64,000 nucleotides of DNA, taken from Lytechinus pictus. Its lineage: Eukaryota. The notes below the pieces were generated by a model, which was not told the DNA's origin, made no database searches, and worked only from the letters and a program-made list of their open reading frames with translations. Made by a program: the position numbers and the translations under genes. Position 1 is the stretch's first letter, and each line of letters starts with the position of its first letter. Positions 54,201-61,899 of this stretch are shown here, one piece after another. The stretch is taken from assembly GCF_037042905.1 (NCBI RefSeq), contig NC_087249.1, positions 10,294,001 to 10,358,000 of the forward strand. Direction: 5' to 3'.

Positions 54201-56282
54201 TATTTACGGTACCCTTTGAGTCACAACACAATATTTTGGGTCAGAGAATTCACCAAGCTCTCATAATGGTGATGCAGAACAATTTCCTTGCCTCTACAAG
54301 GGTGCTACATAAGCACTGGCCCGATTGCCAAGGGCAAGTAAAAGTTAGAGCCGGGCAAGTGTTTTGAAGTAAAGACCAAAACTACTTGCCCAAAGTGGGC
54401 AAGCAAAATTCACACAGTAGAAAGCAGAATTCTTACAGTAGAATTACCAAAATTAAGGTCGATATGATATGATATTGACCCTAATTTTACTCATGGCAGG
54501 CAAGATAAATCACTTTGGAAAAAAAAATGCAATAACAAGGTAGATGTCAAAAGAGAGAAAAAGGTCAATGGTTTATTAAACTGCAAAACTTTCTTTTGAA
54601 GAGGAAAAACTTTTTTTTCAATGATTTTTTTGGGCAAGTGAAAATGTGAAATAGATTTTTGGGCAAGTATATTCCAACTATTTAAAAATTTACTTGCCGG
54701 ACCGAGGAAGCGCTTCTAAGAAGTTATGTAGCACCCTGGCCTCTACACAAAGAGATTTTATAATCAGGGGATTATTCAATTACATACATGTATGACTTAC
54801 GATTTAGAGTGTTTTGGATCCATGGCTCCAAGTCCATCTCCGCCAGGGATCTCTGACTTAAAGCTACTCAGGCTCCGAAGAGGCGAGTCCTTGGATCTAC
54901 ATGTAGGAACAAAATGTAAATATCATAACTTCATTTTAAAAAATGAAGGTGCAACGTATGGGTCTAGGAAACTATGGGAACTACCTGGCAGAGTAAAAAA
55001 AACAAGGTCTAGGGAACTGCACGGGTAGATTGAAAACATGGAGTCTTCAGATCTGCACTGATCTACCTGTACAGTATTGTGCTGTATATAGCAACAATGA
55101 AAGTTAACGTAGTGAGCCTAAACTTTATCTGTATCGTAGAGCTGCATCATATTTGTGGTAAATCGCTGGTACAAGTGTGTAAGTATGTTTTTTTGGTTTG
55201 ATGGGACACAGAGTATTCTGAAGACACTCCTGAAGACGGACAGTCAACCTGCCCGAAACGTGGAGTCTCTCTACTGCTTCTGCTCATCATCTCTACTCAC
55301 GGACTCAAGCCAGCATCTCCTCATCCATCCTACTACTCAAGCTGTTTCAACTCATCAATCTCTTCTGGTTTACAGTCCTTTTCAGGACTACATTCAAGAA
55401 AGACTACTCTACTCTCAAATTTCCACTTTCTCGCCTATCCATTTATTCTTTTTCTTCTATCCAATATTTCTATAAGTATAACATCCACATGGTGTACCGT
55501 AAACCACATCAGCGATTGTACATGCCACCATGCAAAACTTTAAACAACATCAGATCTAATCTAGTAATCAATATCACACCATCTTTTTTGGAAGTAAAAT
55601 TGTTGAATGTTGTTTATGTTTAACAAGAGTCAAGACATGACATTCATTAATTTTTTAACGACAATGCCTGGCACAAACCAAACTCAAACAAAGACTGTCA
55701 ATTGTCAAGATGACAAGAGGCCTAGTAAATAGCAATAAGTCTAAAAAAAAAGTCTTGAAGTTAAAGAGCACAAAAATGTCAACAACATGAGTTGAGTCAT
55801 GTGAGTTGAGCTTGTCAAGATTAATTAATAAATCATGAACATTGTAAAAGTGGGTAGGCCTTGTATTAGTTCTGGGAATTTCCTAATGAAAATTCACATT
55901 CAAACCGTGTTGGAAAGTATCACTATCAAATAACAAAGACGCTACGATCAATTGATAACATCGACAGACACACAACAAAAGAACTGTCACTAAACTGGTA
56001 TTCATTGGTAAATGAAAGCATCCACACACCCCGTCGAGCAGGCACAACTCACGGGCCTATTTCCCGTTGATGAAGGGTCGACAAACCGCTAATACTCCTA
56101 ATTTTTCAGGGCGAGTTTAATCGTTAAAACAACTGTAAATAAAACAATGAATGTCACATTCAACCACTGAACTCATTCTTCATATATATTCCTCATAACT
56201 AGCTAAATATGGAAAACAAATCGATAACCCAAAAATCAATAAATTAACTTAAAAAACGGTCTTACTCTTCGGTCGTGGCCAT
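12195..56282 (-). CDS. TMEM266: Spliced gene with 11 coding exons (1278 nt, 425 aa): voltage-sensor-domain protein of the Hv1/TMEM266 (HVRP1) family, most like TMEM266
   Basis: Manually joined exons 56282-56266, 43402-43275, 40768-40692, 37105-37052, 22152-22008, 19286-19171, 17422-17266, 15058-14876, 14103-13837, 13536-13430 and 12221-12195. All have AG/GT boundaries and the phases chain into one ORF. Segments: S1 FLFIVVLLVLVICFLVAVELLI; S2 LAILALFVIE|VTIR; S2-S3 linker KQKIE|MFD; S4 LLISFRFWRLCGI; coiled coil ending KEIAHLRDYMRQH. Family assignment is from recalled motif similarity. TMEM266 versus a divergent HVCN1 paralog needs a phylogeny. Confidence 0.85.
13430..13536 (-). CDS. TMEM266: Coding exon 10 (ADDEAQLRLELDEIRRLSDAALMEEFGSSSVTQDI)
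   Basis: Lies within ORF 13280..13546. tttacag acceptor, GTAAG donor, phase 1 to 0. Confidence 0.85.
13837..14103 (-). CDS. TMEM266: Coding exon 9 (acidic disordered tail)
   Basis: Overlaps ORF 13769..14080. ACAG acceptor, GTGAGT donor, phase 1-1. Confidence 0.85.
14113..14451 (-). mobile_element. tRNA-derived SINE
   Basis: On the minus strand: tRNA-like head with GTTCGAATCC, the same core, and an (ATT)n tail ending next to the exon 9 acceptor. Confidence 0.85.
14876..15058 (-). CDS. TMEM266: Coding exon 8 (S/G/R-rich disordered tail)
   Basis: Lies within ORF 14868..15116. cttcag acceptor, GTAAGT donor, phase 1-1. Confidence 0.8.
17266..17422 (-). CDS. TMEM266: Coding exon 7 (KEIAHLRDYMRQHSLDP...DRVNS)
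   Basis: Lies within ORF 17039..17491. CCACAG acceptor, GTAAG donor. The start resembles the end of the Hv1 coiled coil (EI..L...L.QH). Confidence 0.88.
18787..19098. repeat. Polypurine (G/A) low-complexity tract
   Basis: Almost purely G/A on the + strand, with an internal duplication. Confidence 0.9.
19171..19286 (-). CDS. TMEM266: Coding exon 6 (coiled coil: GVSKAREEASTELQMEKYARNQAEIQADALQAQCDQQL)
   Basis: ACAG acceptor, GTAAG donor, phase 1 to 0, helical E/Q/A-rich composition. Confidence 0.88.
20758..21068 (+). mobile_element. tRNA-derived SINE
   Basis: GTGGCCCAGTGG A-box, GGTTCGAATCC B-box, core similar to 702-973, (ATT)n tail. Confidence 0.88.
22008..22152 (-). CDS. TMEM266: Coding exon 5 (S3-S4: MFDIFIVTITFIVDLVLLASNIEDDNPGTRAITLLISFRFWRLCGIYH)
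   Basis: Lies within ORF 21904..22185. CAG acceptor at 22155-22153, GTAAG donor. Carries the RxWR S4 signature. Confidence 0.92.
22111..22630. repeat. Tandem repeat of about five 106-119 bp units overlapping the exon 5 acceptor
   Basis: gtgactatgaagatgtcaaacat recurs, ending at 22152, 22258, 22371, 22490 and 22599. Confidence 0.93.
23672..23833. mobile_element. Short palindromic MITE, copy 1
   Basis: TA-CCTTGGTCACATTTGCTCTACGGCGGC...GCCGCCGTAGAGCAAATGTGACCAAGG-TA, with arms of about 57 bp. Confidence 0.88.
25678..26070. mobile_element. MITE with Harbinger-like GGG termini
   Basis: GGGCGATTC...GAATCGCCC, with internal inverted sub-repeats. Confidence 0.55.
26673..26907. mobile_element. Short TIR element
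   Basis: ttgtcggctttccgcaagaagg...ccttcttgcgggaagtcaacaa. Confidence 0.6.
27696..27933. mobile_element. CAGGGGCGGATCC-type MITE
   Basis: TIR CAGGGGCGGATCCAG/CTGGATCCGCCAGTG, flanks tttaatgc/gttaatgc. Confidence 0.75.
29050..30490. mobile_element. MITE of the 2200-2780 family, left end eroded and interrupted by a nested element
   Basis: 29070-29240 and 30127-30490 align with 2255-2784. Ends in GGACTTGTCCT-TTAA. Confidence 0.78.
29249..30124. mobile_element. Nested non-autonomous DNA transposon with TA flanks
   Basis: TA-GGGGAAGGCGGGGTAAGTTG...CAACTTACCCCGCCTTCCCC-TA, with internal ggggcaagttgag sub-repeats. Confidence 0.88.
31378..31932. mobile_element. MITE with G-run TIRs, nested in another dispersed repeat
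   Basis: GGGGGGGCACTC...GAGTGCCCCCCC. The flanking ggtttt is duplicated and the host repeat resumes afterwards. Confidence 0.75.
32185..32710. mobile_element. Foldback element built from short tandem subunits, 8-bp target duplication
   Basis: CTTTATAT at 32177-32184 and 32711-32718. Repeated ttccgaaggttcg units invert orientation near 32505. Confidence 0.85.
35933..36661. mobile_element. CpG-rich non-autonomous DNA transposon
   Basis: TIR ACAGTGGCAAATTGT/ACAATTTGCCACTGT. No transposase ORF. Confidence 0.7.
37052..37105 (-). CDS. TMEM266: Coding exon 4 (VTIRVFSLGAFIKKQKIE)
   Basis: 54-nt phase 0-0 exon, ttttcag acceptor, GTAAG donor. Resembles the S2-S3 linker of Hv1/TMEM266. Confidence 0.9.
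39794..40116. mobile_element. MITE with a 6-bp direct repeat
   Basis: TATTCA-CAGGTCTGCCAAC...GTTTGCAGGCCTG-TATTCA. Confidence 0.7.
40155..40661. mobile_element. Kolobok-like MITE
   Basis: AGGGGAAGTTCACC...GGTGAACTTCCCCT-TTAA, ending about 30 bp from the exon 3 donor. Confidence 0.75.
40692..40768 (-). CDS. TMEM266: Coding exon 3 (S2: GSVKKESTLRALSATTLAILALFVIE)
   Basis: Poly-T then CCAG acceptor, GTGCGT donor, ends in the F-x-x-E S2 motif, phase 1 to 0. Confidence 0.9.
41475..41823. mobile_element. MITE
   Basis: AATA-CCCCTTTCATAAACCCA...TGGGTTTATGAAAGGGG-AATA. Confidence 0.8.
43275..43402 (-). CDS. TMEM266: Coding exon 2 (S0 and S1: FHQYLDMVVNGAVFLFIVVLLVLVICFLVAVELLIAFSVIMD)
   Basis: ttttcag acceptor, GTAGGT donor, hydrophobic helix with the conserved S1 'ELLI' motif. 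Confidence 0.9.
43541..43693. mobile_element. Short palindromic MITE, copy 2
   Basis: Near-identical to 23672-23833. Confidence 0.88.
47323..47498 (+). repeat. 5' LTR (176 bp)
   Basis: TGTTAT...ATAACA ends and an internal AATAAA. No difference from the 3' LTR found by eye. Confidence 0.95.
47506..47518 (+). promoter_or_regulatory. Primer-binding site, probably for tRNA-Ser(GCU)
   Basis: TGGCGACGAGGAT just after the 5' LTR. It is complementary to the recalled metazoan tRNA-Ser(GCU) 3' end ...ATCCTCGTCGCCA. Confidence 0.8.
47567..50566 (+). CDS. Gag-Pol polyprotein (999 aa from the first ATG): Gag, 2 zinc knuckles, truncated aspartic protease, RT thumb only, RNase H, integrase
   Basis: Zinc knuckles CGRCGKGQHQGEAC and CFHCGKKGHFAVVC; protease VDTGSAVTLI; RT thumb ELRSFLGLLNYY; RNase H CDASPYGIGAVL and TDHKPL; integrase zinc finger LHDAHPG...CEKC; DDE core IHVDY, SDNG, NGLAE. 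No YxDD motif. Confidence 0.92.
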   Translation: MATFGTIGEFREDEGSWSEYIERMGHYFDANSIIDEGRKRSILLSVCGASTYKLMSSLAAPRKPGEVEFKELVKLMTDHRDPKPSVIVQRFKFNSRSRRPDESLSTYIAELRRLANECKFGTILEEMLRDRIVCGVADDRIQRRLLAEPTLTFEKAKDIALAMELADKNTADLRDQNKGEMVNKIAHGVRHRKSSQRPNSKKHSSCGRCGKGQHQGEACPAKDGECFHCGKKGHFAVVCRAKGERKDQRKVFQQQGKRTASNKSRTLQIETREDDESESYGLYTHSTKASKPPPIMTQLTVKGKPINFQVDTGSAVTLINEKTWLSQWSDKERPKLSEPKSVKELRSFLGLLNYYGKFLPDLASNLEPLHRLLRKDARWQWGNEQKQAFVRAKKLLNSTRVLAHYNPEEQLILACDASPYGIGAVLAHRFSDGTEKPIGFASRTLNVAERRYSQLDKEGLAIVFGVKWFHQYLYGRKFEIITDHKPLLGLFGERKAIPQMASPRVQRWAITLAAYEYEIKYKAGEKNSNADALSRLPLESTISDPPIPGDIILLMDTLDRTPITPSRVRSLTDKDPILSRVRNFILQGWPTADELQDKALGPYLNRKDELSVHEGVILWGARAVLPPKCREAMMEELHDAHPGIVRMKAMARSCVWWPQIDKDLERKVKSCEKCQSHQRQPSKAPPHQWEYPSKPWSRIHVDYAGPVEGKMLLVIVDAYSKWIDVHITNKSTSEATIDKLREVFSAQGLPQTLVSDNGPCFTSEEVAMFMKMNAINHIRGAPYHPATNGLAERAVQTVKGALRKMSGPLQTRLARFLLSYRTTPQATTNQSPAELLMNRKLRTRISSVLPDVNATVEKKQFSQTAHTSRKLREFKIGEEVLVRNYGRGNQWLPGKVVERNGPVSYVVNVNANGSTLRWKRHVDQLRSRISTSSTSNDDTVPTHEDDVIIRDNENDDRDVDEDQIDIRADREDNPEVEHDDGIKHYPRRERRKPNYFGFS
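50935..50947 (+). promoter_or_regulatory. Polypurine tract
   Basis: AAAGGGGGAGAGA directly abuts the 3' LTR. Confidence 0.9.
50948..51123 (+). repeat. 3' LTR (176 bp)
   Basis: Direct repeat of 47323-47498, preceded by a polypurine tract. Confidence 0.95.
52174..53749. mobile_element. Non-autonomous DNA transposon with a 7-bp target duplication (P-element-like termini)
   Basis: ACATAAC-CAAGGCTCCACATTA...TAATGTCGAGCCTTG-ACATAAC, with subterminal ggtggccc/gggccacc repeats. Confidence 0.8.
54298..54738. mobile_element. MITE with an 8-bp target duplication (hAT-like)
   Basis: GCCTCTAC on both sides. TIR AGGGTGCTACATAA/TTATGTAGCACCCT. Subterminal gggcaagt repeats. Confidence 0.85.
55226..55266 (+). 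ncRNA. Minimal type I hammerhead-ribozyme motif (Penelope-like-element type), probably inactive
   Basis: actc-CTGAAGA-c-ggacag(tcaac)ctgccc-GAAA-cg-T-g-gagt. The core boxes and stems I and II are visible, but the cleavage-site base is G. Confidence 0.65.
56266..56282 (-). CDS. TMEM266: Coding exon 1 (MATTE plus 2 nt)
   Basis: ATG at 56282, GTAAG donor at 56265-56261, next to a CpG-rich patch. Phase 2 matches exon 2. It is very short, so less certain. Confidence 0.6.
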
Positions 56283-56296
56283 CTCTCTCGCACCAT

Positions 56297-56410
56297 TTTA
56301 CTTGCATTACAATTTCAGCGCGCGTGCGCGTGCGTGCCCGCACGATCGAGCCGTACGTACGTACGTGCCATAAAACGTGCGGCCGCAGCGCGCGCGCTGT
56401 ACATCGGGAA
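56297..56410 (-). promoter_or_regulatory. CpG-rich putative promoter/TSS region of the minus-strand gene
   Basis: Dense CpG patch (gcgcgtgcgcgtgcg, cgtacgtacgtacg, gcggccgcagcgcgcgcg) immediately upstream of exon 1, in otherwise CpG-poor DNA. Confidence 0.6.
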
Positions 56411-56466
56411 TCAACAGGTGCATTATTATTTTTTTAATACATCTCTACACCACCATTCGCCCTTAA

Positions 56467-57061
56467 AGGGGAATCCAACCCAAATAAAAACCTGTTTTTA
56501 TAAGGGCAAGAAAAATCAGACAAGTTGATTGGTGAAAGTTTGAACAATATTGGACAAACAACAAGAATGTTATGAATTTTTAAAAGTTGTAAATATTGGT
56601 AATCACTATACCCATGGAGATTTCAAATTGGCCGCATATGGGATGTCATAGTGATGTAAGGCAAGGACTACTCTTCCATGTACTCCAATACATATTTTGG
56701 CTAAAATGTCATTTTTCTCAAAAGTTTTATTTCAAATTATATTTTTCTTTCATGAGGAGATAAAACAATATACTACCTGGGTTATAATCAGATTACTTCC
56801 CCAGGGGAATGGGTACTTAGGAGAAAACCACAAATCCCTGATAATAAAGTACATGGCCTATGTGAAAGTTGTCCTTGCCCCTTGTCATAATTTACTTACC
56901 CAGTTGCCAATTTGAAATCTACACAGCATCAGTGATCTCAATTTTAAAGCAGCTATAACTTTCTTATTGCTTGTCCGATTTCTTTCAAACTTTTACCATT
57001 CTGTTTAATTTATTTTTCTCCTTCCCTACACAACATTTTATTGCCAAGGCTGGATTCCCCT
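56467..57061. mobile_element. Kolobok-like MITE just upstream of the promoter
   Basis: TTAA-AGGGGAATCCA...TGGATTCCCCT-TTAA. Confidence 0.8.
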
Positions 57062-57569
57062 TTAAACCTCCCAAACAAGACATACATATTAACAGTTAAG
57101 TTTAGAAATGCCTTGTATGCCTATATTGACCAACATAAGTTAATAGAATGGACTAATTAATATATTAATAAATACATTTAAAAAAGAAAGAAAGAAAGAA
57201 AGAAATGAGTGAACAGTATAAGGTACTTATTTGAAAATACGCAATAAATATGTGTGATATTTTTGTGTTTGGGATCGGATAAATTGTTGAAATCACATAG
57301 GCCTAATATTCCACTTCAAGTTCAAAATCAATGTCAGGATTTACTTGCACCATAACAAGAGATACGAAACATTTTGGGGGTCCTTTTAATAAAAAAATGT
57401 TACATCCAAAACAATTTTATATTTTACTTACTTATATTTTTCCTTAGTCTCTCTTATCACACGTAAGCAGTTAGGTCTATAGATCCTGAGAGAAGAAAAA
57501 AATGATATAAAGCAGTTGACGGTGTCTAAGTAACTTCATGAAGATATCATATTCCATGTTGATTCAAAT

Positions 57570-57861
57570 CAGGGGCGGATTCAGGATTTTCCAGGGGGGA
57601 ATTTTGTACAGGAAAAAATTATAGGCCAGGTAAAATTTAAAAAGCAAAATAGGGGGTTTCACTATAAAATGGAGGCCATTTTGTTCCAGGATAAATTTGA
57701 CGAGCCCCCCCCCCCCCCCCCCACCTCCAAAAAAGGGTCCTCACTTGGGCCTGCACAACATATTAATTCCCCTTACAAATATTTGTTATGCCTCTATCTC
57801 TGAAAAAAAAAAGTGGAAGGGGCACGCGCCAGATGTGCCTCCAGGCATGGATCCGCCACAG
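57570..57861. mobile_element. CAGGGGCGGATCC-type MITE
   Basis: Similar termini, with ATTCAAAT on both flanks. Confidence 0.72.
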
Positions 57862-59969
57862 ATTCAAATTGATTTATTTCCACATCGCTATCAGTTACGA
57901 TACATCGTGAATTTATCAATAAAAATTAATGATTCCAAAAATAAACTAAAACAACAATGACAATCTTAAAAGTTAGACAAAATAAAATTAAAATACAAAA
58001 AAAAAAAGAGTTGGATGTGAGAAGTGGCAAAAAGCGATTAGCCTATCGATGGCAACTCCCAGATTTGCTTTCATTACTGATAATGAAACAAATTCTTCCA
58101 ATCAACTTATTTCGATGAAATAAAACAAACATAATAAGTTACTTTTTCCAAAATAAGTACATAAGGCAATATAATTTGACAGGATTGTTTTCATTTATTG
58201 TCTAACTTCTCAGGGTAAAATGTATTTCCTCGTCAAGCCATACAGGAGTGAGCAAATTAATGAGCACATGAAAGCCGAGAATGTTACTTTTACGGTCACA
58301 TGGGTCATGGGAGGGGGGAGTGGAGCTGTGCACAACATTATCATGAATTCCCCCTTTTTGGTAAGCGCATTAATGTTTTTCAACCATACATGCATATCTC
58401 GAGACACGTTCACACTGATTTTGGTTCATTCATTAATAAAAACTGTCTTCTTTCTCACATTTTGATAGGCTTACTTTTTAAAAAGAACATGGAAATATGA
58501 TAATTATCCAACAAAAATGTGTCTTCACAATAAACTGAAATAGAACAGAAATGGAACGCACTAAACAGTGCTGGCTTTGACCTATTAAGGTAACGGTATA
58601 AAAAAAAGTAACTTATACTGAGAAAATAAACTGTCTAGTCAACGTACACGCCGATGAACTAAAAAAAAGACACAATACATTTAAAAGAAGAAATAAAAAA
58701 TTACACTATACCTTTTGAAAAAGGGACATTTCCTCCACAGGCTTGCCATAATGGTGGAAGTTTTCTCTGTAATGTGTCAAATGAACTCCGGATAAGAAGC
58801 AATGATGTGTTGTTCCCCTAAACATGCTAAATAAGAGCTACTATTTATAAACAACTAAAGTTCACACCAAGGACAATTTTTTTTACATCAACGCCTTCTC
58901 GGTCAAAGTCAGAACTGATCGAAGAGGCCCTAAAAAGTTTTGTCATTATTCAAAGAGGAAATGAAAAGTTAATTGCGTCTGCTAGTGCACCACGCTATAG
59001 ACATGCCCTTATTTGACCTTTGTCTATCAAAAGCCTGATATCCATTCCGACAGAAATAGGGGTAATATAAAATAATATTCCCTCTTAGCTTTTTGAAGAT
59101 AGCAGTGTGATGAATAGACTAGCAGTGTATAGTAATAATTATGAGATCGTGAGCATCCATGGACTTGTTCGATGTTCGACCCCGATGTTCAGCCTCGCAT
59201 TGCCCATGACCTAGCCGAATCATGCAACCATATCATTCCTTTTGTCTGGGCTTAGACCATAGAGCTATAGCTCTATGCTTAGACCAAGCGACTCTGATTT
59301 CTTCAGTCAAGCACGATATTTCTATCAGCCCTCGGGGTAAAATACTTCTATTACAATATTTGTTGATGATGATAACTAAATGATTGATGTATGATCAATT
59401 GAGCAAAGTTTTGAGTGAAAAGAACACCTTTTCATTGAACCTGTTTTTATTACGGAATTTTGAAAGAGTATAAAATGAAATAGTTTCAACATCATTTCGA
59501 AAGGGCTCCCGAGTCAACTTTTAGCAATAATAGAAGACTGTATAAACGAATGGTGAATACAGTATTTAGCAGAAGTTCGGCATGTTTGATTGAAGAGAAG
59601 TATGAATTGACATTTCATACAGTTTTATTATCCTGACATCGATTTAAAAAAACGAGGGCACAAGTTCACAAGAGGAACATCCCCTGTAAGAAAATGGTTT
59701 GACTTACTTTAATACTGCGGGTTGCTTTTTCTACAAACTTTTTGCCGGTATTAACCGTTACTAACTTTAGTACGCTTACTTTACTAGTAAATCTGCTGTC
59801 AATGTGTCATGAACTTAATATGCATACTAATTTAGAATGCTTAGTAAGCATGCAATAGTAACACTTCAAGGATCGGCCCCAAAATACCGGCAAATTTCTC
59901 AAAATTCTTCTGTCGAGCCAAGTAATTTTCCCCGTCCTGAACGAGACTTCATAGTGTCTTCTGTAGATG

Positions 59970-61643
59970 CATAGGCGGATCCAGGGGGGGGGGGGGGCGA
60001 GGGGCCCGGGCCCCCTATTGGCGGAGCAAAATAAGGGGGGGGGGAGAAATAAAAAGAAGGGGAAATAGAGGAGAAAAAAGAAGGGAAAACATAAGAGGAG
60101 GAAGACGAGTGAATAAGATGAGGGAAGACTTGGAAAATGATTTTACAAATCTTTCATGTCACTATATACAGTATAAACTTTTCGCTCGCGCTTCGCGCTC
60201 GCATTAATTGCCTTTTAGCTAGGTGATTTGTATATGTTAAATATCAAATTTTGAAGTAAAAATACATATCATATTTCAGCTCGGAAATCGAACTTTCATA
60301 ATTTTGTTTGATTTACAAATTGATTTTTAAAAAGTGCTCTGTAAAATGTATGTTTTATCTTCTGAATATTAACATTTTTATTTTGATTTATCAGGTACCT
60401 AGCTATTATTTTCCTGTATTCCATAAAGTTCTCAAATATCCCTATTCAGGTCAAATTGTCAAAACGTAACAGCTAGCGCTGCACGCTCGCATTTTGATTG
60501 GTGATTTGATATGTATATCTCAATATTAACTATATGCCCATTTCATGACAGTTTATCAAAAATTTCGGCTCGCGATTTGCGCTCGCATTATTGATTTTCA
60601 TGATGAAAAAAAGGTGTTTAGATTGCCCAGATTCTAGGTCGAAATCTGAAACACGCGCAAGCATGAGATACGCAGCTTGTTCTCTATTTAAATCATTATG
60701 AGCCTATATATCCGGTGTCAGATCAGAATATCAAAAATTTTCTGCTTACGCTTTGTGCTCGCATTGTTAATGTAGGAAGATACCAAATCATACCCAAATT
60801 TTTTCATCATTTACAAATTATGAGAGTGTCCAGTTTTTAGGTTTGGTATCTCATTTTTCCGCTCGCGCTTCGCGCTCGCATCAATTGTTTGGTTATATAC
60901 TTATGCCATTCATAATTACAAAAAGTGCATAGAACGTTAGTTTTTTTAGGCCAGAACGTCAACATTTTTTTTTAACGAGCTTCGCGCTCGCATTATTTAA
61001 TCATTGAATTATGTATCGTCTTAGCGGCTAACGTCCTTAACAGGTCCCTTTTCGACAAGGCCAGAACGCATTATAAAAATTTCTGCTCGCGCTTCGCGCT
61101 CGCAGTAATTATCTAGTTATATACGCATCTTGTTTAGGTTCACAAACATTGCCCGGAATGATCAATTTTCAGGACAAAATACATGAAATTTCAAAATCGT
61201 TTAGCTCGCACTTCGCGCTCCCACTATTCAAATAGGGCTTATGAAATTATTACACGTTTATGTTGTTTTTAAGAATGAAGTTAAGAAATTATTGTTAGGA
61301 CAGGGGCGTTTTGCCCCCCCCCCAAAAAAAAAAAATTCACGATAAAAAAATAAGAGAAAAGGAAAGGGATAAGGGTGAAATATAATATTATGTCAAAATC
61401 TATCACGAACTTGGATTTTTGTAATAAATACATGTATGTCAAAATTTTTGCTCGCTCGTAACTTCTTATTAATTTTACGCGATACGCCATATTGAGCCCC
61501 CTTAAAATTTTTGGCTCATTGCGCCACTGGGACAACCCCTTCAAAGAAACAAACAAAAATCAACTTTGAGCGGCCGATCGGGGAAAATATGGGTGAAAAA
61601 AATTTTGGGCCCCCCCTATTGGCGGAGGCTGGATCCGACCCTG
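59970..61643. mobile_element. Non-autonomous DNA element with an internal diverged tandem array of about 140-bp units
   Basis: Termini CATAGGCGGATCC/GGATCCGACCCTG flanked by a (ctg)TAGATG duplication. The motif gctcgcgcttcgcgctcgca recurs through 60183-61222. Confidence 0.8.
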
Positions 61644-61899
61644 TAGATGGTCGTGCCATTTGTAACATTTTACTACTTTTTTTTAAAACTAAAATTTGAA
61701 TAAGAAATATTTTATCAGAGGCGCAAATGATAGGATTTCTGCTAAAAATGAAAAGCTTCCTGTGAGAAAGACGTACGATCATACTGTTATTTATGCAAAC
61801 ATGATATATTCATTTTGTTTTACAAGAATCTTCTAGTTATTTCTAAAAGAAGAAAAGGCAACTGGTGAGATCTTAATAGATTGTTTTAGATCGTGAGTT

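Noticed and set aside
56066..56092. TTGATGA motif resembling a second hammerhead
   Set aside because: The core starts with T instead of C, there is no correctly placed GAAA, and the stems are unconvincing.
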